From Promethearchaeota archaeon (GTDB lineage: Archaea; Asgardarchaeota; Lokiarchaeia; Sigyniarchaeales; SOKP01), in the NCBI GenBank assembly GCA_030599585.1, contig JAUVNS010000005.1, positions 160,001 to 224,000 of the forward strand: 64,000 nt of DNA. Direction: 5' to 3'. A model generated the notes under the pieces. It did not search any database, was not told where the DNA came from, and saw nothing but the letters and a program-made list of their open reading frames with translations. The position numbers and the translations under genes were made by a program. Position 1 is the stretch's first letter. Each line of letters opens with the position of its first letter. Shown here one piece after another: positions 1-9,723 of the stretch.

Positions 1-243
1 TAGAAATTTCTTTTTTATTTTGCTATTTTAAGATAAATAATGGTACTTTATTTTCTTTTGTATTATTTAATATAACGAGTCATGTTAGCTCGACAAATCA
101 AAATTTAAAGTTATAATATCTTATTTGATGAATTTAAGCAATTCATGAGTTCGTACACTTACATTCACGACTTTATCTAATAAAACTAAACCAATTTTTA
201 GATTTGTTTCGATTCATCAAAACCAGAACAATACGCTCTAGTG

Positions 244-1050
244 TTAAATTAGGTTAATATTTAGATTTTGTGCTAAATATCTTTTAAAATCCTCGAGTAT
301 TGCTTTAGTATCAGTTAATTCTCTCTTTCTTTTTTTTATAAAGGATTTCCTGTATTTTAATATATCATCTTTGTGAGAGAGATTTTGAGGAACATCTAAA
401 AGTCTTCCCACATATTTTCGGGTGATAAGGTCTAAAGCTGTTAAATTTGAGGAATGGAGTGTTTTTCTAACCGTTGTTGTTATTGTTGTTTTTTTAAGAT
501 CTTCTGCAATTTTAATAATTAGATCCTCTATAAATTTGACTGGATCAGAAGATTGAGTTGAAGTATAAGTTCTGAATGGGTGATCCCATTTATATTTTTT
601 AAAATTATCAAATTTATTGTGAATTTTTTGAATTACATTATTAGGGATAGGTTTACCCCTTTTTTCATTGCGCTTCAAACATAGTTCAAGCGGTGTAGAT
701 ATATGAATTATATAAAAATTTATTCTTAAGTCATCAGCAATAGATTTTAAATCATGTCTCATGCTTGAATAGTAGTTTAAATCGTCATTAATAACTATTA
801 TTCTCTTTTTGAGATATTTCCTCACTTTTTTAAGCGTTTCTTCTCTTATGCGAGGTTCATTTTGAAAATCAAAAATTTTTGGAGATAAAGTATCCCTTAA
901 TAAGTCTGGATCGATAATTTTAATTTCTGCTTGAAAGTAGAGATTTAATTTTTTTTTTAAAATGTCAGCGAAAGTGGTTTTTCCCGATGCGGGTAACCCC
1001 ACTAATATAATAAGAAAAATTTTATTATTATTCAATTTGCTCCTCTTCAT
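244..1050 (-). CDS. pstK: O-phosphoseryl-tRNA(Sec) kinase (PSTK/KTI12 family)
   Basis: P-loop GLPASGKTT, DDLNYYSSMR motif, CLKRNEKR lid and KWDHP, typical of PSTK/Kti12. Confidence 0.8.
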   Translation of the reverse strand: MKRSKLNNNKIFLIILVGLPASGKTTFADILKKKLNLYFQAEIKIIDPDLLRDTLSPKIFDFQNEPRIREETLKKVRKYLKKRIIVINDDLNYYSSMRHDLKSIADDLRINFYIIHISTPLELCLKRNEKRGKPIPNNVIQKIHNKFDNFKKYKWDHPFRTYTSTQSSDPVKFIEDLIIKIAEDLKKTTITTTVRKTLHSSNLTALDLITRKYVGRLLDVPQNLSHKDDILKYRKSFIKKRKRELTDTKAILEDFKRYLAQNLNINLI

Positions 1051-1324
1051 TGAAAGTTCTTACAAGCTGAATCTTCTCTTTCCTTGAATAGGTCTTAATT
1101 TCTAGCTCTCTTTTCATAGCCATTCCTCTTTCTCCAAAAGTTTCAAAATACTTAAGTTTTATACTCTTTTTACCTCGACAAAATTTAGCGCCGGTCCCCT
1201 TTTTGTGTTCTTCTAATCTTCTCTGTAAATTATTGGTATATCCCGTGTAGAATCTCTTTTTATTATTCTTCGCAATCGTTTCTAAAATATACACGAAATA
1301 AATTCCTTTCATTAATAGAGACAC
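1028..1324 (-). CDS. GIY-YIG nuclease family protein (UPF0213-like)
   Basis: YFVYIL...FYTGYTNNLQRRLEEH..G.GAKF and AMKRE motifs. Confidence 0.9.
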   Translation of the reverse strand: MSLLMKGIYFVYILETIAKNNKKRFYTGYTNNLQRRLEEHKKGTGAKFCRGKKSIKLKYFETFGERGMAMKRELEIKTYSRKEKIQLVRTFNEEEQIE

Positions 1325-1540
1325 CTATATTATTTATAAGATAATTTTTCAACTATTTATTTTTTTTGGCAAAACTATCGCATTATATCCTTATTAAAAG
1401 AAAATCTAAAGATTCGTAATACATATTTTGTGATTAACAAATTAATCTACTAAAAATTAAATTTATTAATAAGAACTTTTATATTTTTTAAAGGAAGTGT
1501 TAGGTTTTTCTGGTGAGTTACTTTTCCTCTAGGTATTTGT

Positions 1541-2158
1541 TTGATTAAATGGGATGAGGTTCTTGGTGGAAACATTTACATGAAGTTTCCGGAAGGATTA
1601 GAGGTTCTGGATAATGCAGTGCAACAAATCCAGATTTCACATAATTTTATCGAATCATACATCACTATTGAAGAAAAAAATTGGAACTCAATTTCTTATT
1701 ATAACGAAAATAGAGAAATAATAATCGTATTAGTATTAGACAAATACGATGATGGATCGGATTACACTGTAATACTAGATGAATTTAAGAAAGAGCTCGA
1801 GTTAGAATTAAGCGAAGCTGAGCTTAAAAAGCACTTGGAAAGAATCTATAAATTATCTTTAAAGGTATTTAGGACTAGGGACGAAGTAATTGGGAAGTTA
1901 AGCAATCAGGTCGCCCAATTAAAAACGATGGAATATGACTTGAAAAGACGATTTGAGAAAATTGTTAACGCTGACCACCTTAAAGTAAAAAGTAAAATCC
2001 AATTCTTATTAGCTGTAAATAATGAGATGAATTATAAAGAATTACATAAATTAATTAACACTAGCAAAAATTGGCTCGATAAGGTCTTAGAAACTCTCAC
2101 ACAGAACAAGATTATTGGATATAGTGTTACAAAAGATACATATTATCTTATTATATGA
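1541..2158 (+). CDS. Asgard protein: N-terminal longin/uDENN-like region, coiled coil, C-terminal winged HTH
   Basis: KWDEVLG N-terminal motif, heptad-rich middle, C-terminal YKELHKLINTSKNWLDKVLETLTQNKIIG HTH-like pattern. Confidence 0.5.
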   Translation: MIKWDEVLGGNIYMKFPEGLEVLDNAVQQIQISHNFIESYITIEEKNWNSISYYNENREIIIVLVLDKYDDGSDYTVILDEFKKELELELSEAELKKHLERIYKLSLKVFRTRDEVIGKLSNQVAQLKTMEYDLKRRFEKIVNADHLKVKSKIQFLLAVNNEMNYKELHKLINTSKNWLDKVLETLTQNKIIGYSVTKDTYYLII

Positions 2159-2256
2159 ACATCCTAAATAGCTGCTCTATAAAGAATTACATTATTAAAA
2201 TGGTTATTATTTTTATTATTATTAATTTATAATTTTAATTTTTAATAGTAGCGAAA

Positions 2257-3396
2257 TTGATAATGAACCTTTCAGAAGAAGAGCAGCAAGAAGTTCTAAA
2301 AGTAATGAAATCTCAGATGCTAACACTCTTACATGGTGAGTTTGTCAGTAAATTCGAAAAGGAATTTGCACAATATATCGGTGTAAAGCATGCTATTGCA
2401 GTCAATACCGGTACAGCAGCACTTCACATAGCTATTGCGGCGTTAAATATTGGTCCGGGAGACGAGGTTATTGTCCCTCCTTTTACATTTATCGCGAGTG
2501 CAAGTTCAATACTACACAATAATGCGATACCTATTTTTGCAGATATTGACGATAAATCTTATACATTAGATCCCAACTCTGTAAGGGATAAAATTACTGA
2601 GAAAACGAAAGCAATTATCCCAGTACATTTAGCAGGAATTAGTGCTGATATGAGCGAACTTATGGATATTGGAAGCGATAATGGAATAAGCATAATAGAG
2701 GATGCTGCACAATCTATTGGAACGCGATGTTATAAAAAAAAAGTGGGTTCTATAGGGCATCTTGGTTGTTTCAGCTTTTATCCCTCTAAAAATATGACTA
2801 CGGGAGAAGGAGGGATGATTACTACCAATGATGACGAATTAGCTGAGCAATGCCGATTACTCAGACACCATGGTGAACCAGAATGGTATGTTTATAATAG
2901 GTTAGGATATAACTATAGAATGACTGAAATTCAAGGCGCAATTGGAAGAGTCCAATTAAAAAAAATAGATTCTTTTATCAGTATGAGGAATAAAAATGCC
3001 AAATATCTTTCAGAAGCAACTTCCAATTTGAACGGCATTAGCCCTCCTTTCATTCCTGAATATTGCGAACCCGCGTTTAATTATTGGATTGGAAGGCTAG
3101 ATCCTGGTGTTTTAGGAATTACTAAATCTCAATTCTTAAACAGATTTCCAAGGAGTAAGGTTCTCTATCCGAAACCTCTTTATAAAACAAAATTGTTCCA
3201 AGAAAAAATTGCATACTCTCATGGATGTCCCTGGTCATGCCCTTTCTATAATAAAGAAATAAATTATAAAGAAGTTTATTTACCAATAGTAGAGAAAGTA
3301 ACGCAGGAAATATTCGCTCTAGATATCCATCCTAAAATATCTAAGGAATCCCTTGATGAAAACATAGAAATTATGACAAAAATTTCAGAAAATTAA
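2257..3396 (+). CDS. DegT/DnrJ/EryC1/StrS PLP-dependent sugar aminotransferase
   Basis: GTAALH, EDAAQS, FSFYPSKNMTTGEGG and GYNYRM motifs. Confidence 0.95.
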   Translation: MIMNLSEEEQQEVLKVMKSQMLTLLHGEFVSKFEKEFAQYIGVKHAIAVNTGTAALHIAIAALNIGPGDEVIVPPFTFIASASSILHNNAIPIFADIDDKSYTLDPNSVRDKITEKTKAIIPVHLAGISADMSELMDIGSDNGISIIEDAAQSIGTRCYKKKVGSIGHLGCFSFYPSKNMTTGEGGMITTNDDELAEQCRLLRHHGEPEWYVYNRLGYNYRMTEIQGAIGRVQLKKIDSFISMRNKNAKYLSEATSNLNGISPPFIPEYCEPAFNYWIGRLDPGVLGITKSQFLNRFPRSKVLYPKPLYKTKLFQEKIAYSHGCPWSCPFYNKEINYKEVYLPIVEKVTQEIFALDIHPKISKESLDENIEIMTKISEN

Positions 3397-3475
3397 CAAT
3401 AAAATTCTTTTTTTTTATGAAGATATTACCGGGATATTATTACAGATGATAAATAATATTTCGATATTATAGATT

Positions 3476-3829
3476 ATGTCGCTGTCTTTAAAGAGGAATA
3501 AATTTCTCCAATTATTTCATAAAATCAGCAATAGTAAGATTAGACATAGAGGACCTTTAATTTTAAGATTGTACGGTCTGTTAAATGAGGTAGACTTCGA
3601 GAACGAAAATCGATTCATCCTTTGTAATTTTATTGACCAAAATAGTGAGCTTTTCAGCCTAAGTAGAGATATTTACGAGATTAACAATGATGTGACCTTA
3701 AACCAATTGTTTCTATTCGCTTATAGCAAAGCTAGGATCAACAATCTTATCCCAAACCTTTATTCTGAATACATTAATTCCATAAACGCCATATCTCAAA
3801 AAATTGATACTCAATCAAATCTGCCTTAA
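3476..3829 (+). CDS. hypothetical protein
   Basis: 117-aa ORF filling the gap, co-oriented with its neighbours; no motif recognised. Confidence 0.6.
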   Translation: MSLSLKRNKFLQLFHKISNSKIRHRGPLILRLYGLLNEVDFENENRFILCNFIDQNSELFSLSRDIYEINNDVTLNQLFLFAYSKARINNLIPNLYSEYINSINAISQKIDTQSNLP

Positions 3830-3955
3830 ATCTTATTTATAGATTTAAAAATACCATTTAAAGATAAATATAGATCCTTAAGTTAAGACAAAATAATTAA
3901 AAATGATAATTATTATTATGAATGTAATACAAGTTAATTGTTAAATTGAACAATC

Positions 3956-4480
3956 ATGAGCATCGAAGCGAATTATATAGTGAAGATTTGTTTACTCGGA
4001 GAAGCTAATGTTGGTAAAACTTCATTAGTCTATAGATTTATCGAAAACAAATTTAGAGGAAATTATAAATCTACCTTAGGTGTAAACCTATTAAAGAAAG
4101 ATATGAAAATTGAAGAATTCGGGGATGTCTCTGCACAAATCTGGGATTTAGGGGGCCAAGAAAGTTTTAAAAGCCTTCGCAAGCTGTATTTAGAAGGTGC
4201 TAATGGTGCTTTAGTTATATATGACAGCACTAAAAGAAGTTCTTTTGAAAAACTTTACGATTGGATTCAAGATTTCAAAGATGCTAGGGGAGACGAACCT
4301 ATGCTTCTAATTGGGAATAAAAGCGATTTATCTGATAATATTCTGATAGAAGACAGTGAAGCTATGGAATTAGCACAAAATTACAATATGGAATTTATAT
4401 CCACTTCAGCAAAAACAGGTGAAAATGTCGAAGAAGCTTTTTTAAGAGTTATAAAGACAATTCTTGATAAGAGTTTATAA
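3956..4480 (+). CDS. Rab-like small GTPase
   Basis: G1 GEANVGKT, G2 STLG, G3 WDLGGQ, G4 NKSD, G5 SAK; no C-terminal Cys. Confidence 0.95.
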   Translation: MSIEANYIVKICLLGEANVGKTSLVYRFIENKFRGNYKSTLGVNLLKKDMKIEEFGDVSAQIWDLGGQESFKSLRKLYLEGANGALVIYDSTKRSSFEKLYDWIQDFKDARGDEPMLLIGNKSDLSDNILIEDSEAMELAQNYNMEFISTSAKTGENVEEAFLRVIKTILDKSL

Positions 4481-4662
4481 TATAAGCCTTTTAGCTTACC
4501 TATCTATAAATTTCGTCACTATTTTTCATAAAAAATGGTTAATTACTATAGTCACTTATAAATGCCTTTATAAATAAAAAATCATTTATAAAGAAATACC
4601 CTTTTTAAAAGAATTTAATTTTCTTAATTAGTTAAAATCATATTTATTAACTTTGATATAAG

Positions 4663-5334
4663 ATGGCAAAGAAAGAGGAAAAAGTTAAGGAAGAAGTCGA
4701 GGAAGAAAAAGACGTAGACGAAGCAAGCGAAGCCGATAAAGAAGCAGGTTTAGATTATAAAATTGAGAACGTAGTAGCAACTGTCGTTGTTGAAATCACA
4801 GAAAAGATCGATTTAAATATAATTGCTCGCAAACACGCAGATGTTGAATATAACCCCGAAAGATTTCCTGGCTTAGTTATGAGAATTCTAAAACCGAAAG
4901 CTACAATCTTAATTTTTTCGACTGGTAAAATGGTGGTTACGGGTTTAAGAAAAGCGAATGAAGCCGGACAAGTAGTAGAGAAAGTGTTAAAAAATATAAG
5001 AAAAGCAGGGATAAAAGTATCCAATCCCGAAATCACGATTCAAAATATTGTGGCAAGTGGAGATTTACACACGAATATCGATTTAAATATGGCAGCAATC
5101 ATTATGGAGTATGCTATGTATGAACCTGAAGTATTTCCCGGTTTGATCTACAGAATGCAAGAGCCTAAAACGGTTTTTTTAATTTTCAGCACTGGTAGGA
5201 TTGTTTGTACCGGAGCAAAGAATAAAGAAATAGTTAGAGAAGCAGTGAAGAAATTAAATAAGGAAGTACGCAAGTTAGGTGTCGCGAAAAAGGACTTAGG
5301 AAATCCCGACTATCAAGATATTACTTTTGTTTAA
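4663..5334 (+). CDS. tbp: TATA-box binding protein, copy 1 (acidic N-terminal extension)
   Basis: Two TBP repeats: IENVVAT/YNPERFPGL/IFSTGK and IQNIVAS/YEPEVFPGL/IFSTGR. Confidence 0.97.
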   Translation: MAKKEEKVKEEVEEEKDVDEASEADKEAGLDYKIENVVATVVVEITEKIDLNIIARKHADVEYNPERFPGLVMRILKPKATILIFSTGKMVVTGLRKANEAGQVVEKVLKNIRKAGIKVSNPEITIQNIVASGDLHTNIDLNMAAIIMEYAMYEPEVFPGLIYRMQEPKTVFLIFSTGRIVCTGAKNKEIVREAVKKLNKEVRKLGVAKKDLGNPDYQDITFV

Positions 5335-5417
5335 TTACATCTATAAAAAAATACCATTTTTAAAAGAAATTAATTCTCTTAATTAGTTAAAACAATATTT
5401 ATAACGTTTGATGTAGG

Positions 5418-6104
5418 ATGACAGAAAAAAAGGAAAAAATAGTCGAAAAAGAAGAAGAAATCAAGGATAAGGAAAAAGAAATCAAAGACGAGGAAGACGA
5501 AATCGAAGACAGAAACGATTTAGATTATAAAATTGAGAATGTAGTTGCGACTGTTGTTGTCGAAATCACCGAAAAAATCGATTTAAATATAATTGCTCGC
5601 AAACACGCTGATGTTGAATATAATCCCGAAAGATTTCCTGGTTTAGTTATGAGAATTCTAAAACCGAAAGCTACGATCTTAATTTTTTCGACTGGAAAGA
5701 TGGTAGTTACAGGGATGCGCAAAGCTTCAGAAGCTGATAGGGTTGTGGAGAAAGTGTTAAAGAATATAAGAAAGGCAGGCATAAAAGTATCCAATCCCGA
5801 AATTACGATTCAGAATATTGTAGCAAGCGGAGATTTACACACGAATATAGATTTAAATATGGCAGCTATCGTTATGGAATACGCTATGTACGAACCTGAA
5901 GTATTTCCCGGTTTGATCTACAGAATGCAAGAGCCTAAAACGGTTTTTTTAATTTTCAGCACTGGTAGGATTGTTTGTACGGGAGCTAAGAAGAAAGAAA
6001 TCGTTAGAGAAGCAGTGAAGAAATTAAATAAGGAAGTACGCAAGTTAGGTGTAGCGAAAAAGGACTTAGGAAATCCCGACTATCAAGATATTACTTTTAT
6101 TTAA
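5418..6104 (+). CDS. tbp: TATA-box binding protein, copy 2 (different acidic N-terminal extension)
   Basis: Core nearly identical to copy 1. Confidence 0.97.
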   Translation: MTEKKEKIVEKEEEIKDKEKEIKDEEDEIEDRNDLDYKIENVVATVVVEITEKIDLNIIARKHADVEYNPERFPGLVMRILKPKATILIFSTGKMVVTGMRKASEADRVVEKVLKNIRKAGIKVSNPEITIQNIVASGDLHTNIDLNMAAIVMEYAMYEPEVFPGLIYRMQEPKTVFLIFSTGRIVCTGAKKKEIVREAVKKLNKEVRKLGVAKKDLGNPDYQDITFI

Positions 6105-6288
6105 TTATTTTATTTTTTTTAAGGATTCTCGCTTTATTTAAAGTTGCAATTTTTATAATTCTAAAACTATCAATATTTTAATCAAAAAAAAGAATATACT
6201 TACTATTAATACTTAATTGCTAAATCTACCTATTTTTTAATACAACTAAATTTGAATTAGAAACTATTGAAAGTTGAGGTCCTGAAAA

Positions 6289-6780
6289 TTAGTCTTTTTG
6301 AAATACAATCATAAATTCGCAATGATCTTTTCCTGATTGTAAGCTACAATCGACCTCTTGTGCAAAACAATGATTATTTGTCATTTTTTCAACGAGTCCT
6401 GCCAATAAACCTGCTTCGAATGAACAAAAGCTTCCATCTGTTTTTATACCTTTATTAATGAGATCCTTTATGGAAGAATGTCCTTTAAGTTTTAATTGCA
6501 CAATTTCTTCGCTACTTTCTATAATCTCGACATCGCCTAGGTTATATTCAGAGATTTTTTCTTTTAAAGCATTAGGAATATCTTTTACATCATCAATTTG
6601 TTTAACTTTTAAAATAGTTCCTAATTCGTGACCTAAATAGTAGAAAATAGCCTCTAACTGATGACCTAAAGCCAACAAAGCTCCTACTTTCATATCTCCA
6701 ATCTCTTTTCCACCTTTCAAATGTTTCCTCATTTGTACTAAAATTTTTGAAAGCAATTGCCTATCCATTTTTTTATCCAC
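6289..6780 (-). CDS. V4R-domain protein (Bet3/TRAPP-related fold)
   Basis: FCSFEAGLLAG...EVDC....KDHCEF V4R signature. Confidence 0.85.
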   Translation of the reverse strand: MDKKMDRQLLSKILVQMRKHLKGGKEIGDMKVGALLALGHQLEAIFYYLGHELGTILKVKQIDDVKDIPNALKEKISEYNLGDVEIIESSEEIVQLKLKGHSSIKDLINKGIKTDGSFCSFEAGLLAGLVEKMTNNHCFAQEVDCSLQSGKDHCEFMIVFQKD

Positions 6781-6803
6781 ACTCTATGTTTATATATTTG
6801 TGA

Positions 6804-7097
6804 TTATAATTTTACGGAAGATATAAATCCATATAATATTGCATCTATGATGTCTTCCTCTTGAATATTTACAGATAACCTCCTATCTGCCACAATAATT
6901 GTCGGTAATGAAGTAATCTTATATTCGTTAGTTAATTGGTAATTTTTTTCTACATCAATTTTTTGTATATACAATTTTTTTCCAAACATCGAAATATTTA
7001 TTCTCTTTAACATCTGCTCAATTGGCAGGCACGGACCACAATGGGAAGATGAAAAAAATAAAATTTTCGGATAACCTTGCTGAAACTTTTCTAACAT
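6804..7097 (-). CDS. Thioredoxin-fold protein
   Basis: CGPC active site, IDVE, YKITSLPT cis-Pro motif. Confidence 0.85.
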   Translation of the reverse strand: MLEKFQQGYPKILFFSSSHCGPCLPIEQMLKRINISMFGKKLYIQKIDVEKNYQLTNEYKITSLPTIIVADRRLSVNIQEEDIIDAILYGFISSVKL

Positions 7098-7137
7098 ACA
7101 TCACCCTATATGTGCCGGCAAAACCTTTTTTTTTCAT

Positions 7138-7686
7138 TCATTGATCCTTATATTTTTCATAAAGGTCTTTAATTATTGCTTGGAACGATTTATACACGCC
7201 ATTTCCTGTCTTTGCGCTTGTTTTGTAGTATCCAAGAAAATCTCTTTTATCAACAATCTCTTCTACTCTACTCTCATCTAGTTCCTCGTCATTAACTAAA
7301 TCCATTTTATTTCCAAATAACACGATTGGAATATTTCCACAGTATTTCTTAATATCCTCATGCCATTCTGAAATGTGCTTAAAACTATTATCAATTTCGT
7401 TTGGAGCAAGAGAAAAAACTATAATTGCGGCTTTACTACCCTTGTAAAAAGTAGGTCTCATAAATGAGAACTCTTTTTGTCCTGCTATATCCCAGAAGAA
7501 GAGTTTTACAGCGCTGTTTTCTATTTTCTCGTCATATTTAGAGAACTGTGCTCCTAAAGTCTTGATGTATTCTTTCTTAAAACTCCCTTTAGTATATTTT
7601 TTTATTAAGGAGGTCTTCCCTACTCCCCCATCTCCAATAACTGTTATCTTGAAAACGAAATCCTTCCTCTCGTCACTTTCACTCAT
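7138..7686 (-). CDS. Rab-like small GTPase
   Basis: GDGGVGKT, WDIAGQ, NKMD, SAK motifs. Confidence 0.95.
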   Translation of the reverse strand: MSESDERKDFVFKITVIGDGGVGKTSLIKKYTKGSFKKEYIKTLGAQFSKYDEKIENSAVKLFFWDIAGQKEFSFMRPTFYKGSKAAIIVFSLAPNEIDNSFKHISEWHEDIKKYCGNIPIVLFGNKMDLVNDEELDESRVEEIVDKRDFLGYYKTSAKTGNGVYKSFQAIIKDLYEKYKDQ

Positions 7687-7847
7687 AAAATCACATTATA
7701 GTTTTAACTTGAATGTCTTTGTAATTTCTTTTACTTCTATAGAATATAAATTATAAATAGTACTTTTTATTTATATTGCTTTTTATTATTAAATGGATTC
7801 TTATAAATTCTCCAGATTTTTAAAATATCAAAGGTGATAAATTACTT

Positions 7848-8324
7848 ATGGAACTTTTAGAAATAATCAAAGACATTATTACTGAATTTACAACTAGAAA
7901 AATTACCTTAGCCATTGCAGAATCTTGTACAGGAGGCTATATTTCAAATATGCTTACCAATATTTCTGGCGCCTCTAAAGTTTTTGAAAGGGGTATAGTT
8001 TGTTATAGCAATGCGTCTAAAGTAGCGCTATTGAATGTTGATCCTGAAAGTATAAATCAGCACGGAGCAGTGTCGGAAACGGTAGCAAAACAATTAGCGA
8101 ATAATATTAGAGTCCTCTCCAATGTTGACATAGGGATAGGGATTACTGGCATCGCAGGACCTACTGGTGGTACGACTGAGAAACCAGTAGGATTAGTATA
8201 TATTGGTTTTTCAACTATCGATGAAACTTTCGTGGGGAAACATCATTTTAACGTAGATAGGATTACTTTTAAGACTAAAATATTGGAAAAAATCCTTTTA
8301 CTATTACAGAATTACATAAAATAA
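7848..8324 (+). CDS. CinA C-terminal domain protein / NMN deamidase
   Basis: AESCTGG, YSN.SK, HGAVS, GIAGPTGG, KPVGLVYIG motifs. Confidence 0.92.
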   Translation: MELLEIIKDIITEFTTRKITLAIAESCTGGYISNMLTNISGASKVFERGIVCYSNASKVALLNVDPESINQHGAVSETVAKQLANNIRVLSNVDIGIGITGIAGPTGGTTEKPVGLVYIGFSTIDETFVGKHHFNVDRITFKTKILEKILLLLQNYIK

Positions 8325-8462
8325 CTCAACAAGACTCATTCTATTTTCTTACTGCAGCGAAGAAGAATAAAAGATTCAACAAAACCTTTTTCTTTAAATA
8401 TCGAAATCCTAAAAATATGGTATCTCATTTCTACTTAGAAATAAAGTGTGAAGGTCCTTTAG

Positions 8463-9701
8463 ATGAATGTTAAAAAGATGTATGGAATTTTTTTCTTAGT
8501 GTATTTCACATTAGGAGTGTTTGAAGCTTATTTTGGTTTGTACATTCCGTTGTTTTATTACGAGATTTTGGCTGTTAATCGAAACGACTTAGCATTTATC
8601 CAATTTTTAGGTTTTTTATCGTTAATAATAACGCCCCTTATTGGTTATATTTTTGATGCTCATATAAAATCTGAACGAAATCATAAAATATTTGTATATC
8701 TTTGCGTTATTTTGCTGTGTTCGTGCTTCTCTATTTTTCTTATTAATAAAAACATACTTTCATTGTATGGAATCTTTTTGGGCGTATATTTTCTTGCCAG
8801 GATGTTTATTCGTACAATTATGAGTAAGATTTTCCTCACACTTAGCGTGGAATCGCCAAAAATTAAACATCATATGATATTAATCGTAAACGGAGCAAGA
8901 GGTGTTAGTTTTCTTTTAGTGTCTTTGTTTTTCGATTTTATTATTAAAAATATCTACTCTTTACCGCAATGGGAAATATTCTTCATGGTCGGATGGATGT
9001 TGACGTTACCATTACTCTCTATAATTCTGTTTTTGAGAAATAACACCATATTCAGCGATCAAAGTTCAAAAAATAATAAGAAAGATATTGAAAGCAAAAA
9101 TATAAAAAAATTGAGCCAGAAAAGTGTTCTCTGGTTTATTATTTTCTTGTATATTGCGTTCTTTTTAGCGTCTTCAGATTTGATATTTTTATCGTTAGTT
9201 AGTTCGTGGGTTTTAACGAAATATAATGAGTTTTCGCTAAGAATTTTCTTTTCCTTATATTATGTGATATCGATATTTGCACTCCTTGGATATTATATTG
9301 CTTCAAAAATCGCCAAAAGGATGAGTAATATTGTTCTTCTCTTTATTTTTTGTTGCTTCTATTTATTATTCCTTGTTCTTTTACCGTTCTCAAATTTTCC
9401 AACATTTTTAGTGCTTCAATGTGGTCTCACATTTGCCGGTTACATCGCGAATTATATGTATATAAGTATTGTACAAACTATTTCAGTAAAGACGCGATAC
9501 AAAACTTTTGTGTATCAGCTATTATTAACATGCCAATCAATCGCAAATATTGTGTTTGCTCCTATAGGAACATCGTTATCAGTTTTTATCAGCGTGGAAA
9601 TGTTGATTTTTATTTCTTCAATCTTTTTTGCCTTTTCTTGCGGAATTCAGTTAATTCTCGTATTAGTAAATAAAATCAAACAAATAAAAGAATTTGATTA
9701 A
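8463..9701 (+). CDS. MFS-type transporter
   Basis: About 12 hydrophobic segments in a 6+6 arrangement, with PLIGYIFD motif-A-like sequence. Confidence 0.7.
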   Translation: MNVKKMYGIFFLVYFTLGVFEAYFGLYIPLFYYEILAVNRNDLAFIQFLGFLSLIITPLIGYIFDAHIKSERNHKIFVYLCVILLCSCFSIFLINKNILSLYGIFLGVYFLARMFIRTIMSKIFLTLSVESPKIKHHMILIVNGARGVSFLLVSLFFDFIIKNIYSLPQWEIFFMVGWMLTLPLLSIILFLRNNTIFSDQSSKNNKKDIESKNIKKLSQKSVLWFIIFLYIAFFLASSDLIFLSLVSSWVLTKYNEFSLRIFFSLYYVISIFALLGYYIASKIAKRMSNIVLLFIFCCFYLLFLVLLPFSNFPTFLVLQCGLTFAGYIANYMYISIVQTISVKTRYKTFVYQLLLTCQSIANIVFAPIGTSLSVFISVEMLIFISSIFFAFSCGIQLILVLVNKIKQIKEFD

Positions 9702-9723
9702 TAGTTCTTTCCTATATTGATTA

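Larger units (their letters stand above)
4594..6104 (+). repeat. Tandem duplication of tbp including ~70 bp of upstream sequence
   Basis: Upstream segments aaatacc.tttttaaaagaa.ttaatt.tcttaattagttaaaa are shared (near 4594 and 5349); the coding regions align at an offset of 770 nt. Confidence 0.9.

Noticed and set aside
1028-1324. GIY-YIG as a homing endonuclease or mobile element
   Set aside because: Stand-alone 98-aa UPF0213-type protein with no DNA-binding extension and no intron context
4755-5794. Two similar minus-strand ORFs (93 and 89 aa)
   Set aside because: Antisense shadows of the duplicated tbp genes
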